The notes under the pieces were generated by a model that made no database searches, was not told where the DNA came from, and worked only from the letters and a program-made list of their open reading frames with translations. Below, one piece after another: positions 50,706 to 64,000 of a DNA stretch of 64,000 nt (the first letter of the stretch is position 1; every line of letters starts with the position of its first letter). The stretch comes from Podarcis melisellensis (lineage: Eukaryota), in the NCBI GenBank assembly GCA_964234715.1, contig OZ174279.1, one strand, 5' to 3'. The position numbers and the translations under genes are program-made.

Positions 50706-52192
50706 TCATAAATAGAAATGATTCAAAATATTTTGCTAGAATATCAATAAACCATGGGGGCTGTGAACACATGTAGATTGGTGGCACAGTCCTATCCTAT
50801 ACTTGGAAATAACCCCATCTCTGTTAGATGAATGTGCATAGAATTGCAGCCATAATCTTATACTTCGTCTTTTTGCTGGCCTGGGGTCGCTGCACATTTT
50901 GCAACAACCCCAGTGTCGCCCCACTCTTGTGCTTGCTGCTGTTGTTGAATAGCGAATTACTAATTGCCCTGTTTCTTTTTATATATCTTTTGTTGAATTT
51001 CCTGCTCTGAGAAAATGTGTGAATAACTGTTAAGTATTGCTAAGTGAGACCAAGTGTTTAGGTGTTCTACTGGATTACTAAAGGTTTTTGTCTTGTCTTA
51101 TTTGCAGTAGCATTCACATTACATTTTGAACTTCAGTATTTTTTCTCTCTCCAGATACCTTTGTGCAGTGTTGTGTCAGTTTCTCAGATAGGGAACCGGT
51201 ATGAATCAGATGGTGAATCTTCCCCAAGAGCACACATAAATCCTGCAGTAGACTGGAAGCACAAATGAAAGCTGAAGTCTCTAGAGGCCCAATCCAGTTC
51301 TGTAAACACAAAGCAAACCTTCCCCTTGCTCTTTCTGAGCTCTTTGAATCCTAATGCAAGTGTTACTGCTTCGGGCTGTGAAAATTTGCAATTGTGTTTA
51401 AAACATGCACCCTGGGGCCTTTATTTCTGATGTAATTTTTGAAATTTCATTATGTACTGTAGAAGTTGACTATACATAGAAAACAGGTATTCCTATTAAT
51501 ATGTTTCACTTGTTGTTTCTCCTTGCTTTTTTTGAGCCATCTGCTGATAAATGTGGACCAAAGAATTGAATTGGCACCTGTATCGTGTGTGGTGTGTGTC
51601 CTGTATAAAGGTGATGAAGGGTCTCTGACTCCTCAAGTAGTCAAGAGACCCACTGTCACTTCATCACATCCCCCAGTCCTTTTATATACATGGCTTTATT
51701 GTCTATTAAAATCACCTTTACTCTCCTAAGGGCTTTCATTTTGTGATGGCTAAAAATATTCGCACTCTGGTTTGGTCATTGCACAGCATTGGCTAAAACC
51801 TGTGCGTACAGATCTGCTTTGCTTTTTATAGGAAAGCCCACTGTCTATTTGGGAACTTAAGAAAACAAACAAAGCTGACCACACCCAGGGGGGAATCTAT
51901 TAAATGTATGCATAACTCGCTTGGGTTAGTTTATATAGCCCAATCGCCATCAGTCCACACAGAGCTAGGCACTGTTTGTCCATTGGTGCAGCAATGTGTG
52001 CATTACTTCTTGCTGTTCTGTGGCTCTCTGGATAAGCACTTGGGTAATGTGGGTTTTATGGGTAGCGCTGCTGTTTCGCATCTCTTTGAATCTGATGAAA
52101 GTGGGGGGCAGAGCAACTGCATTTTTCTCTTGGTGCCCAGTGCCTTTCTAGGCTAAGTGGCAAAAGGAAGGACTGAGCAGAGAAACATTTAG

Positions 52193-52459
<267 letters not shown>

Positions 52460-53697
52460 TGACTTTTCAGACCCAAAAAACCCACCAGATGATTCAGCTG
52501 AGGCACTATTACGAAAGTCATAGCTTCAAAAATTGTGGGTGGTATTCAACTAAATAATTGCACTTGTGTAAGACTGACATTGGCACAACAGGACATCTCC
52601 CCCTCCCTCTGTGTATGTCCTGAACCATCGCCAGATCTGTTCCTGAGAGTTGAAGGAACATCCAGAACATATTTAGGGGGCATGTGGGGGGAGAAAGGTG
52701 CAGACTGTAAAGATAGAAATGGAGGACATTTAATAAAACCCTGTAGTTTGAAATCTTTAAAACCCAGTACTGTAGTTTGAAATCTTTAAATGGGAAATGA
52801 TATGTAACTGAGAAAGACCTCTTAGGTAAGTAAGCATGGGATTGGGCTATAAACTAATAAATGAGCTTAGTTCTGCATGTTTAGCCAGAAGTAAGTCTCA
52901 CCAAGTTCAGTAGTGCTTACTAGAGAATAAATGTGCATAGGATAGCAACTTAACTTTGGAACTTGAGGAGCGTATGGAATAATAGGGTCAGTGAGGGATA
53001 TGGCCTGGGTAGGGACATGGCTTAGGGGGTGACAAGGACTACATAGAGGCACAAAAACCACATACACCAACCCCCACAAGCCTGAAGTTCCCCAGCCCTG
53101 GCTTAAAATCACCATAAACCAGTCTCTAAAGCCAGCATGTGACAGCAAAGATGAAATGAGCACGTGGGCACAATCTTGTTCTCAGCTAAATCAACCATGG
53201 TTTAAGCTGGAATTGTTATATCTGAACTGACCCACATGTTCCATCTTTGACTCGATCATGAAAGAGAATACATGTGAGCTAGGGATGTTGAATGTTCTGA
53301 ACGTTGTGTTCTTGTACCATTTCCTTCGATGTTTTTGCTTTAAAGCATTAAAGATTAAACTCCTTTCCTCCCAGGCATAAGAACAGCCCCAAAGCATTTT
53401 GTTCTCAAGATGGCAAATCAGTTGCCTGGGGACATGAGACCGATAGCCTCCTCCCTTTTGCCACTATGAAAATTGCTGTGAGGAATTCTGGAATTCTAAG
53501 CTACAGGATTCCTGAACCTGTAAACACAGAACCCTCATTTTGAAGTGCTGCAAATTGTGCCGTTTTTGCATTAACTTGCTTAATTTACAGCATCTCAGAA
53601 GATTTTTGAAATCTTTCTCAAGGTGGTGGTCTCTTTGTGTCCTACTCTTCATGGCATGATCACTCAAGCAGATTTCCAATGTCCTTGATTGCTACTA

Positions 53698-53904
53698 CAG
53701 TGGTACCTCGGGTTAAGTACTTAATTCGTTCCAGAGGTCTGTACTTAACCTGAAACTGTTCTTAACCTGAAGCACCACTTTAGCTAATGGGGCCTCCTGC
53801 TGCTGCCGCGCCGCCGGAGCACGATTTCTGTTCTCATCCTGAAGCACTATTTCTGGGTTAGCGGAGTCTGTAACCTGAAGCGTATGTAACCCGAGATACC
53901 ACTG
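53698..53904 (-). mobile_element. Tc1/mariner (Tigger-like) MITE, same family as 4574-4815
   Basis: TA|cagtggtacctcgggtta ... taacccgagataccactg|TA. Confidence 0.9.
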
Positions 53905-55164
53905 TACATCATTCCATTGCAAAAACAGTTAACAAAGCAGCTATCTCATAACGCCTGCACACATGCATTGTTAAACTTTTGCCTTTCACTGTGTAGGGAC
54001 TTAGACTTGTGTATTCAAAGAGGCATCTGGAAAAAGCTTCCAGAAGGATTTTTTCAGCACACTGTAAATACAAAAGCTAACAGCCAGTGTGAGAGCTATA
54101 GATCCCCTGTTAGCAGCTTGGCAAGAATTCCCCACATCAGCATGATTTGCTTTGTTGTGAGAAACACACTGATGTATCAGCTTTTCAGTTTTAGTGTAGG
54201 AAGGTATTGATTTTAAATACTCTTCAAACCTGACAGCTTAATTTAAAAGTAAAGTATGCTTTCACATGCAAGAGGAACATTTACTTAGACCCACCTCCAG
54301 TGAGAACATATTTTTTACACTAGCATGTCATGACACACTATGCTAGCCTGGGCTGTAAAATGCCTGGATGTTGCTTGTAGTAATACTGTGTACTTATTTA
54401 TTGGCCGTGTAAAGGCACTTTGTTCAATTAGGTTTATGTAGCACAGTAATTGGTTCCATAGATAATGCGCGGCAGAAGCACAGTGAGGGGGGAAATACCC
54501 TATTAGCAGACATCTTGGAATAGACTGTACTTGTCAGAAGAAAAGCTTTTAGAGAGAGACTGATGATGTAGAGCAAAATTTTAATAGACCCCTGCCTGTT
54601 TGGTTAGGTATTCAGTGGGTCAGAGTGGATTGGTTAGATGTTTCTCTGTGCTCTTAAAAGTCGTTGAGTTACAAGAGAGCTGAAGTCCCATTCTCCCCAG
54701 ACTGCAAAAAGTTAGCTAACTCTTTTGTGTCCTTAACATTATGTAGAAGCTGTTCCAGTTCAGCTGATCGTTTGAGGCTTCATAAACTATTGAGTGCTGG
54801 GGAATAGATTCTGGTGCTGAGCACACTTCCATTACCCTCTCCTTCCTCCTGTCGCACACCAGCTTTAGTTGTTGCTTTCCTAACATTATGCTATCCCTTC
54901 AGCAATCCCTTCAACAAATACATTGCTATATTTAGTGCCTTGTCACTTACCCCAATTCTTAGGAGCCCCGACAAAAATTTCCTATTAATTATAATGATGA
55001 AGCTATCCTTTCAAAATGCAATGCAATGTTATTTGCTTTTATTTCTTAACCATAATTTAAAGATCCTTAATGTTTCACATTTTAGGAACAGTCTCTTATT
55101 GAATTTCAGAGTCTTCTTGTTTTTAAGCCGTATAAATTAAATGATGCTCATAAGTGCTTTGTAG

Positions 55165-55625
<461 letters not shown>

Positions 55626-58600
55626 CCCATATTGTATTGCACTTGTGCCAGTGAATTCTTTGAGGCTGACTGAGCTCTGGTAAAAATGTTGGGCATTAAA
55701 CACTTTTGTGTTGCGTCCCATCAAATAGTAATAAACAGGGACAATAAGAAGAATCTCTCATACATCTTATTGCATCAAGGTTAATAGAAGTAAAAGAAAT
55801 GGCCTCTAGGTGGCAGTTGTTGCCTAATTCAAGTGCAATTGTTTATCTTCCAATGATTTGCTGGTTTACTGTACGTTTTTAGGATGAGTTAAGATCTTCC
55901 TGTCTACCCTGCCTTTTATTGTCTTCAATATCCATTACAGATATCGCGTTACTGGAGTTGGTCATGTGTGATGGTCTTTGTGTTTTTTTCCTTATTTTAA
56001 TTGCAATTTAAATTGGGAAGGAGACGTTAACACAAGTGTGTGGTTGTTTGTTTGCCTTTTAAGCCAGTTTGTATCCATTTCACCCAAAAAACAGGTTAAA
56101 ATGTAGCAAAAACAAACACTATTGCAAAGGATTTCTGTAGAATAATAGCAATACACACAGACTTCTGTATAAGAAAACATACCGAGAGTCTAAAACCTGT
56201 TTATGTGATGACAACCACATTCTGTTTTAAAATTAAAATGGTTCTGTCATTTAACCTTAAAGTAAGGTCATTGTGTGTGGTGCATTTAGCATATTTTTTG
56301 CTGACTTGTTTTAGGTTGTGTTCTGTTTTTAAACCGAAAGCAACTCTCCACTGAGAACTAATTTTATGTGAACTTTAGTAGCTGGGAGTTGTAACAAAGA
56401 GAGGTTTGTTCCAATGGTTCACATTCTAGAATGATTCCTTGTAAATGATACATATTGGCCCAGTTAGCATGCAGTGCTAAACCATGGTTATCCTTATATG
56501 CAAGAGCTGGAACAAACCCCACACACAACTCAGACTCATGCACTTCGCTCCCTTCCATCTCCTCTTCCCATGCTGACTTAAGAGGAGGACTGTGACATTC
56601 TTTACTCTCACTTTCACAGAATCCTGACTTACTGTTGCACAAGAACCAGAGACCGTGACTTATAACAACTTCTGGTTTGTTTCAAAGCAAAGCAAATTCA
56701 AACCAGAGGTTAGGAAGGGGATTTGTCAAGAGTTACAAACCACAATCTCTGGTTCATATGCAACAAGTCGGATTCAGTGAAAGTGAACATCATGTGACTT
56801 GCAGTTCCACACTCTGTGAGTTCATCTTCAAATAACTTTGAGGTGCTGAACAGCTTCCATTGATCTAGAAAACAGCAACACACAAGCTGCTTATGTGGAA
56901 ATTGTAAATGCATTGCCTTCCAATTTTTTCCAGCATGGCATGCTGAAGTAGCAATTCTGTGCACAAAGAGAGTGTGCAGGTATATTTTGTTTTTATTGAC
57001 TAGTCTGCTGCTGCAGTTTGACTGGTCCCCTGTGGTGTAGGAAATGAACAACAACCGGATTAGCAGGCATGGAAATAGAAACCTTTGATAGAAGTGAGAA
57101 CCATGATCATTCCAAAAATATTCTCTACAGATTTATAACGCTGACAGCCATAGTTGAACAAATGTCAGGTATGTTAGTATTTGTCTTTAGATGTGGAAAA
57201 AATTGATTAAACCTATTAGACACATACTGCAGGTTTTAACATTGCCATTTAATTTCTGGGATTAATCCAAAGGCTTTATAAGAGTGCTCAGTGGCATGCT
57301 CCCTAATGGAATCTGCATCCCTTTGCAGTAGCACAAGGGAACAATGTGTGCTATGCATTTACATTCCTACCATTCAGCCTGGCTGTAGAGCCATCAGTGT
57401 GCGTGATATGCCCAATGGATATGCAGAACTCGAGCCAGGTATCTAAAATAGCTCCTCTCAGTGGACAATAACCTGTGGTCCTTCTCCAAGCCCGCAACCT
57501 TAGTTCCCCCAGCTTCTAAACCAAGCTGTGCAATTCATTAAAGCACGTAGCTTGCACTTGCGGCTTCCAAAAGTGTAGTTGTGAAGGGCTGTCTGGATCA
57601 GAATTATGGAAGAGGACTGCTGCAGTCTCCGTACCGCCTGCCCAGTTGTAGATTATGTAGATCACAGTGTAGGGGGGAAAGGTGAACACCACTTGTCATG
57701 ATACCAATACTGATCCATCTCCACATGCAAGTGTCCAGCCAAAGTTTCTGCTGTTAGTGTGGATGGAGCAGGAAGGGGTCAGAGGTTGACCCAGCATCTG
57801 CACCTGTGACCCAAGAAGCTGAAGCACCCTGCTTTTGGGGTGTTTCCTTTTCCCAGGAATCACCTGGCAAGGAGAGCTGGGAGCACCTATATACTGTTGC
57901 AGAAAAGAAGGGTCTTGATGCGTCTTCATAGTTCACTGGCAACCACTAACCCTTTCCTTCCCTCCTTCTGTGTGCCATCAGTTTCATGACCATGTTTTTA
58001 TTTCCCTCAGCACAGTTGGCAAATCTTTAGACATCTACTTGACAAGCAGATGCAGGCTTTTCAGCAGTCACTTTGAGTGAAAAACTGGTTCTTATTTGAG
58101 GTGTCTGGCAACGCTCGTAACATCGAGCAGAGGTTTGAGCCCTACCTGCCAGTGATATTCAAGAGGCTGTTGAGCTAGTGGGCTTTGGAGTAAATTCTTT
58201 TCACACTAGAGGAAGATTTGTGCTTGGTAGTAAAAATATGGAGCTGGTTTATGTTCTGGTTCTATCATGAACATTCAGTGTAGCTGAGATACAAGTTTCC
58301 ATATATGTTTTTTAAAAAATGCCAGTAATTTGTGAAAGCTACAGTCCCATGATGTGATTGGAAGTCATGTGATACAGCATTGGTCTTCAGCTGGTGGTAA
58401 AAAATTAAGGAATTGTCCCCAAGTTCAAATTTGGGTTACATGTAGGTCCTAGATCTGTAAACATTGAATACTACTGAGATACCTTGCTAAAACTAAGCCT
58501 GTCTAGATCTGGTTAGTTGAATGGCAGATTTCCTGGGATCCCAGTGTACAAAGCCTTGATGGGATCTAAATGAAATAGATAAAATAGAGCAAGACTACTA

Positions 58601-59373
58601 TTTGTTTTTGTTTCATTTTAGGAGTAAGATTCAGTAAGTATTTGGCAATATAGTCTCAAGCCCAATGGACTATATCTCTCAGTTTGTATGGGACCATTCA
58701 GCCTTGCAAAGGGAGGGGAGAGAGAGTGTTTGCGGCTTTCGAGGGTGGGTGAAATCAGATGGTGTGGGCTTACTTTTAAAGTTGTGGAGACATGGGGCTG
58801 CTTTTTCCTATTTTTTAACATAAAGGAAAAACTTTGTCACCACTTCAAATGGCCTCTTGCTGCCCTCAGCAGCCTTGTAGAATCCCTTTGAAATTTGTGA
58901 CAGACTGACCACTGGGAACAAAGATACATCACGGTCAATGGGGACACGCTTTTTCCACTCCTTGGAAATCATGCTATTTTATAATGGAATATTCTTCCTC
59001 AGATTTCTGTAATTTCATTTTCTGCAGTGAATGGTACCAGAGCAGTTAATCATGAGGAAATCAGAATACAAAATCATTCAGATGGTAGTTTTAATGGAAT
59101 TACATTCACATTTAGGCTGTTACTCTTCTATCGTGTAGGACTGCTTCCTTTTTAAGGTGGGTGGGTTATTATTTTTTATTAGATGTGGTTTATGACAAGG
59201 GTAAGTAAAGGCCATCTAATTATGTTTTCTTTATCATCCATTACTTTGATTACAATTATTTAGTCGTTGATTGAAATTATTCCCCCCCCCCCTATTATGC
59301 TTCTGCAGTGAAATGCTCATCTGAAACAGCAGTTTCAAGCTCTCTCTTTTTATCCACAATTTCTTTTTCCTAG

Positions 59374-59523
<150 letters not shown>

Positions 59524-61624
59524 TGATAAAACTCGAATATCTCACAATACCTTTTAGAGAAAAGAAAGCTATTTAAGTAGCAATATAGTAATTCAAATAG
59601 GAAAGCTACATTTTTTTTTTGCATGCATTGATTCAAATAGTGTTTTATTGAAGATAAGAACCCTCTTCGGGCATCTGTCTGAACATACCAGGGTTAATTA
59701 AAATTACGTATGGGGTAGAACTATGCACACAAGCCTGCTCCCAGTGATGTGTGGCCTCCTCTCTACCCTTAGCGCTAAGTGTGTTTGAACTAAGTGCTCT
59801 TTGAAGCCTCTGCAGCCCCCATACTTGTGGACCTTGGGAGTGAGGCTTGCTTGCGCAGTCTGCCCCTCAACAAACTTTTAATGTTCACATGTTCAGGCAA
59901 ATGCTTGTGAAGGACTATAGAGAAGGTTGCTGAGTCATGCAGTAAGGAGCAGAGCGGGATGCTTGTTGGTGCTTATTCACTGGTAGTCATCCTCTGTGTC
60001 CTGTGACGAGCTTCGGCTTAATGTTACGAAACTCACTTGAAAACAAAAACATTAATATTCATGTAACAATCCTGACTAGTCTGGATCTTCATAGGAACTA
60101 ACATTTTACAGCATTTGGCAGATTTCACGGAACTAGTCAAGTCTTTGAGACTATGAATATTTGTGATGGTGCTGTTGTTAATCTAGCTAATGAAGAGGTT
60201 AGAGTGTGATCTCTCTTGGCCTTCTGACAGTTTATTTGATCTTTCAGATCACATTGGGCTGAAAATGCTTTTTTATGGCTTGGCATGTCATGTGTTCTTT
60301 TGCTCCAGTTTGCTTCAAATGTTGTTTTTTAAGCATGGCGTTCTCAGTGCTAGCTGTGTAGTCAAATTGTGGCCATCTGATTTATTGGATGGATTTTTTC
60401 CTTAAAATACAAAATGAGCAAGAAATTCCTTTTTATATGAGTGATATGTAAAAGGGACTTTAAAACAACATTTTGAATACATTAATTTTGACTTTTCCAT
60501 TAAGAGCACGTGAAGACACTAGGTGAATGAAAACGATAGTTTTCAAAGTGGTAACTTAAATAAAGTATTCATCTAGCCATGTTGTAATCTGATTATTTAA
60601 ATTACCGTCACATGTATTGGGGAAAATTCAACTAATCCCCTAAATCCTACCACGGATTTCTGATCAGGTATGAAAGCGTTTTTTAAAAAATAAAATAAAT
60701 AAAACAAAGCTTATAACTTGGCATAAGATACCACCTCAGCAAGTATTGACTACAAGACTGAAGGTATAGCTGGTAATTGCAATATATTTACCATCCATCA
60801 TGTATCAGGAAATACGTTATTCAGATTTAGTGTCTGCCGTGTACTAACTAGGTGGCCTTGGGCATTTGCCGTCCTTGTCTTTCAGCTACAGACCTCCATT
60901 CTGCAATATGATGGTGATAACAATAATTAGATTAAGTATCAGAAGCACCTTGAACATTCTGAAACACTAGAAAAAAATTTGGTAGTGATGACTACTACAT
61001 CAGTTGTAGCAGCGATGTGGACCCTGACATCTTAAATATATTATTAAAACTTCACTCTTCTCCCACCAGCTTTGTTGCAGTTATAGGATCAATGCTGAGT
61101 AGTATTTTTACTTTTTGCACAGAGCCAGAAAGAGGGGAATAAAAGTTCAGTCAGGTTTTTAAACCATTGTTAAAAGTAACCTATACTGAAATCTTTAAAC
61201 CTATTAGAGATTCTTTAGAATTTGTCTGTTGCCTTCTCTATTGTCTGTTAATGGAAGAATACTAAAATGTTCTGGCTCGTTTCCTTACATTTCTGTAAGG
61301 AAGTGTTAATACTGTATTTGCAGTTTGTTGAATTGGCAAAGCAAAGACTCCACATTAGGTAAAAGTATGGGCTGGCAAACCATGGTTTGCCATTAATTCC
61401 CCATTCCCTTAATGCTTTAGACAACTCCCATGATCCCTGGTTGAAGTTGAATGGTTCACAGTGGCCCATGCAGTGAACAACACACCATGTTAATTTTTCA
61501 GGAAATGAGTTTACCAGAAAGAATGCTGATAATTTCAAACCACCTTGCTGTTTATCTGTTGGTGTAATATTACAAAGAATTGAAGCAGAATGTACCAGTT
61601 GGCATGTTTGATGTCAGAAGATAA

Positions 61625-61867
<243 letters not shown>

Positions 61868-64000
61868 TGAACTGTCTCCTTTTCAAGTTGAAATTAATAA
61901 CTCAAGGACCAAGTAAAAAATACAGTAATTCGTTTGTAGTATGCTAAACCATTTCCTTTTGTTCCACTTGGGTAGCTGAACAAATTTTAGTTGGACATAT
62001 CCTTTGGGCAGAACTGAAACAATTTTGTTACAAAGTTACATGTGATCTTATACATTTGAATATCTTTGCTAAAATGCAATCATACTGCTTTGCTTTGCCT
62101 TCAGTAAATATACAGTAGACCGCTAGTTTGATTGCTATGCTGTAGTGAAAACATACTGGACAGTATCCAGTGAAATATACACCCCATTTGCACCCTAAAT
62201 CTGTTCTGGGGGTTCCCCAACCCTCTGGTGACAAGGAGAAATTCCATTGTTCAAGCATAAATTCTTGTGCTGGCAGAAGCACTTTAGTTGAACACCACCC
62301 TTAGGTTCTTCCGGAATCGGCCCTACCATTTTGCAGCATGAGGCACCCTCAGTGCTGGGGGGAGGGGTAGAAAGCAGCTTCCTCTTGAGTTATTTATTTG
62401 ATTTCATTTATTAATCACTTCCCATCAAATAGCTCAAAGGGATTTCATAATGTGTAAAAAGTTAAAACAATTTCAGCTGCCAGTCTGTTCAGAGTCATTA
62501 GGTGGAATGGGGTGTGCCCAGTTTTGTCCTTCAGCCAGCAAGCAGTTTGGGGCCATCCTTGGGTCCTGCAACTGCCTAGGAGCGTAATCTAAGATCTCTG
62601 GTCATGCAACCCACATGCCTTTTGCGCTACATCATCACAGCCTTCAAGGAACAAGTGTGGACATCTTATGGAGAAACACTGTCTTGTGCATTTCATGTGC
62701 ACACATGGTGACTAATAGTCCATAAATAACAATAAATAAGTGACCTATTGTGTAGAATTGTTATTCCCCACTCCCCCAGAACAACAGGCAGTTCATTGCT
62801 TTTGACAGAGCCTTGAATTTTATTTTGTATTGGCCTCATCCTTGCAATATCTGAATTTAAACAAATAGCTGTTCTTTAAAGTGAGATTTAACTGTGTGTG
62901 TCTATGAGTTTGGGGTTGTTTTTTTAAGGGTGATATCCATTGTTGGTCATAGTTGGAATAGACCTACTGAAATCAGTGGAGTTAAAGTATAAACTCTACG
63001 TATGACTTTGTTGGATATCACCCATTGAATCTGATACCCAGAAGAATGTTTTTATTATTATTACTCCCAATTTTGGTTTCTCATCTGCATTTTGTGGGGA
63101 GAACAGAGACTAAGCGTGCACGAATGAAGGCTTATATCAGTTTTATTGTGTTTAGAGATGGGATTGGGGCGGAGGCTAAAATCTGCCCAGGACCTTATCT
63201 CAGATTTAATATGAACAATAGTTTAATGTTCTTATTTCCTTTGGGTGGAGTGGGGAAGAACTGTGCAAACAGTTGCCAGTTCTCACTGCTCTTGGATGCC
63301 TATGTAGTCATCTTGATGAATGTGATACCCCTGTTTTGTCCTTTAATTCTTACTCTCATATTTTTAATTTAAAATCTAATAAAGCACTTTGGAATAGCAG
63401 TGGATTTTTTTCCAGCTTTGCTTTCTGGGGAATAATGTTTTGAATAATATATTCTTAACATTTGGAGGAGAAAGTATGTTGCATACTGAGACCTTGTATG
63501 CAAGTTCAGAAAATTAATATTCTTCATCCCTTAAAGGAGATGACATTAATCTCTCTGTACCTGTCGGTCTCTTCTATGCATTGTCTTTACTTTACTGTGC
63601 TTAGAAGTGGGAACAAGGGCTCTGAGTAATAGCTGTGTGCAAATGCTGGCCTGATTTATTGCCACGAGGGTGGATCTTGGTTTTGCTCTTCATCTTCTGA
63701 ACATTCCGTTCTTGTCCTTGAGTGACCTGATGAACAAGTGAAGCTCTGCATGCGTGGATGTGGTTGATTTATCATTGCATGTACCACCAAAAGCAATCAT
63801 AAAAAGATCCTAACTAACAGAAGAGCTGCAAAAAGTACAGGAGGTCTTTGGAAGCTGCTGTAATTTCAGAATGGTCCAAATGATGTAGGAGAGAGTTCTG
63901 TTGTACCCTTGACCTGTTTGTGGGCAGTTGATGGGCCACCATGAGAACAAACTGCCTTTGGCCTCAAGTGGCTTTTCTCAAGGTGTGAGACTGAGGAAGA

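Noticed and set aside
52741-52790. 21-bp direct repeat ctgtagtttgaaatctttaaa, two copies
   Set aside because: A simple local duplication; not an array or a CRISPR-like structure.

Overview
Vertebrate genomic DNA, almost certainly from a lacertid lizard (Sauria/POM-type and Squam3-like SINEs, BovB end). It contains two intron-rich genes, both on the + strand. (1) ANK3 (ankyrin-G), 1774-43446: the exons for the ZU5-ZU5-UPA spectrin-binding region (human-equivalent exons 25-34 and 36), the ~7.7 kb neuronal giant exon 37 (35009/35015-42718) and the first death-domain exon 38. All have GT-AG boundaries and consistent phases. There are also two cassette exons (a 33-nt pre-ZU5 microexon and a 99-nt internal ZU5 duplicate) and several in-frame alternative splice sites. 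(2) CCDC6 exons 2-5, 52292-61808. The 3' ANK3 exons, the intergenic region and CCDC6 exon 1 are all absent between the two genes. The only place they can be is a 200-N gap (43556-43755) bordered by a GC-rich, palindromic Tigger-like transposon, so this is most likely an assembly join and not a real fusion. Introns carry Tc1/mariner (Tigger-like) and hAT MITEs, SINEs, LINE fragments and microsatellites. I found no convincing novel biological system; the points of interest are the ANK3 splicing architecture and the transposon structures. Comparisons to human and mouse are from memory, not database searches.
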